Below, piece by piece: positions 62,005 to 64,000 of a stretch of 64,000 bases of DNA (its first letter is position 1; each line of letters begins with the position of its first letter). This DNA comes from Chrysemys picta bellii (lineage: Eukaryota). Where the stretch lies: positions 6,448,001 to 6,512,000 of the forward strand of contig NC_088791.1 of assembly GCF_011386835.1 (NCBI RefSeq), read 5' to 3'. The translations under genes were made by a program, and so were the position numbers. The notes under the pieces were generated by a model. It was not told the origin of the DNA. It made no database searches and worked only from the letters and a program-made list of their open reading frames with translations.

Positions 62005-63356
62005 CTCTTTTCAGCAGTTCATACAGAAGCCAGATTTTCAGCAAGCTGGCAGAAGTTGCATTTTACTCCCTCCTGTGCTTGGAGTTGGAATTTCCAACTC
62101 CTGTCCTGTCCTGCCGTTGGTGACTGGAGCTATTCGAACTGATGGCGTCAGGCTGAAGTTTGCATGGAGTCGGAGAATAATGTATACATCAGAGATTTAG
62201 TATGTGAGTTGTCTAGTTTTAGCTTGGGTTTTGGCAATTCTGTTTAGATATTGTTGAGCTCAGTTACACCTTTTATTACACGTGTTGTTCTGGTGGAATG
62301 GAAGAAGCAAGTAGGTAGGACTTGGAAAAAGCCTCCTTAAAACTTACCTGCCTAAGGATTAAAGGTAGGCTGCAGTGTAAGCACAGGGTTAGTGCGACTT
62401 GAGTCTGTGGACCCTGGGTTTGCAGGCCCAGAGCTTGAGCATCCGCGCTGCATATTGACCCTAGGTTTAGAATTTCTGGACCTGGGCTTTCCCCATCTAT
62501 GGCTCCTCTAGCCCCTGGTTTGTGCTTCACTGTGTGGGAAACTAGACTGTTTATCCCGCTCACTAAGGGAAGTTGTTGCAACCTGCCAAGTTCTGAACAG
62601 ATCCTGCTAAGCAGCCATCTTTTGGGTTTGCATGCTCCCGGCAACTAGCCCAACAACATGGAGGAGTCACCATTTGAAGAGCTTCTCTTCCTTGCTCTTT
62701 CGCTCCCATTTCAGCAAACGGGCAGAGCATCCATGAGATGCTGGTGGACGTTCCGGCAGTGGTTTCTGGCCCACCAAAGGTGCCTGATGGAAGAGTAGGA
62801 GGACTATACAGACATGGAAGAATGGAACGAAGCGATGCTACTCACGACTCTTGGTGTAGCCGTGATGCCTCCTGCATAGGTAGTCTATTCTCCCCTGTTA
62901 AAAATGCCTGCTTTGCCATGCTCACTTCCTACCACAAAACTCTGCATATTTTACTTCACATTTTTTGAAAAATGAATGAAATTTTGCCTCTAAATAAAGC
63001 AATTCTGCCCCTATTAATTCCACCACTTGTCAGATAATCCAGTTTTGCAACTTAATGACTGCTGTGCCTAATAAATGAATACTTAGATCCCCAGACCAAT
63101 AAATATTTTGCACTTATCCTTCATGAAGCTGAGCAGGTACAGGTAAGAAGTGGGTGAATATTGCATCAAGTGCCGAGAGGAAATGCGACGTGACCAAGGT
63201 GTGCTGAGACCGTTGCTGATCATGCTGACCGATATTGTCTCATTTCCTTGTACTCTCCCAGCTCTCTGTATCCATCTGTCGTCTCTTGTCTCCTACTTAC
63301 ATTGTAGCTCTTTGGGGCAGGGGATGTCTTTTTGCTCTGTCTGTGTATCGCGTAAC

Positions 63357-63578
63357 ACAGGGGTTCTCAAACTGGGGGTCGGGACCCCTCAGGTTATCGT
63401 GAGGTTATTACAAGGGGGTTGCGAGCTGTCAGCCTCCACCCCAAACCCCGCTTTGCCGCCAGCATTAATAATGATGTTAAATATATTTAAAAGTGCTTTT
63501 AATTTATAAGGGGGGGAGTCACACTTAGAGGCGTGCTATGTGAAAGGGGTCACCAGTACAAACGTTTGAGGATCACTG
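63357..63578. mobile_element. hAT MITE inserted in a MIR/L2-type tail
   Basis: TSD gcgtaaca / gcgtagca; TIR caggggttctcaaac / gtttgaggatcactg; the flanks rejoin as tgtgtatcgcgtagcacaatggggtcctgg. Confidence 0.85.
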
Positions 63579-64000
63579 GCGTAGCACAATGGGGTCCTGG
63601 TCCATGACTAGGGCTTCATATGCACTACAATAATATAAATAACTAATTGCATAGGCCATGGAACAGCTTTCAGGTAACTATATTTTTTGCTACTGACCTG
63701 AGTTAGATTTGAACAGGTGATCTGACTGTTTCAATCCCCTTTTCATTTCTCTGGACTGCTCAGCCCTTCCTAGGAATAGTTTGCAAATGTATTTATACAG
63801 TTCCCCAAATGTGCATAGCACTTTGGAGAAATAAGACAGTTTCCCTGCCCTAAAGAGCTTACTGTCTAAATTGACAAGAAGAAATCGAGACGTTTTGGTA
63901 AATATTGTGGTGGGGAGGAGAAGGAAATACAGGGCTTGTAGCATGCTGATCATGTGTTTGCTTTGGTTAATGAAGCACCTCTCTTGTTGGATTAAATTGT

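Larger units (their letters stand above)
14793..64000 (+). other. AHCYL2: AHCYL2 intron 1 (continues beyond the window)
   Basis: Follows the exon 1 donor. No sequence encoding exon 2 (QIQFADQKQEF) was recognised downstream, and intron 1 is known to be very long in mammals. Confidence 0.8.

Noticed and set aside
62340-62900. Possible old Harbinger derivative with a transposase-like N-terminal remnant
   Set aside because: Termini and peptide similarity are too degraded to support a call.
14793-64000. AHCYL2 exon 2 and the known short alternative first exons
   Set aside because: No QIQFADQK-encoding sequence or recalled alternative N-termini found; in mammals these lie far downstream, near exon 2.

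Overview
Vertebrate genomic DNA, almost certainly from a turtle (tortoise-type tRNA-derived PolIII/SINEs, turtle-type CR1 LINEs, Harbinger and hAT MITEs). The only host gene I can support is AHCYL2 (Long-IRBIT, adenosylhomocysteinase-like 2) on the + strand. It has a CpG-island promoter with repeated ZNF143/THAP11-type motifs (~14150-14300) and coding exon 1 at 14379-14792 (138 codons, MSVQVAAP...KVPQASAMKRSDPHH...VSPDGTVTEAPRTVKK). The remaining ~49 kb is intron 1; exon 2 (QIQFADQK...) is not seen. The rest of the window is a dense, often nested mosaic of CR1, L2, MIR-like, LF-SINE-like, Penelope-like, solo-LTR-like, hAT, Harbinger and Tc1/mariner relics. The most notable non-coding signal is a set of minimal hammerhead-ribozyme motifs on Penelope-like element termini (four copies of one family plus a half-motif of a second). 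The two best-preserved copies lie upstream of the gene and both copies in the sense strand of the intron are defective. Family names come from my recall of consensus sequences, not a database search, and many repeat boundaries are approximate.
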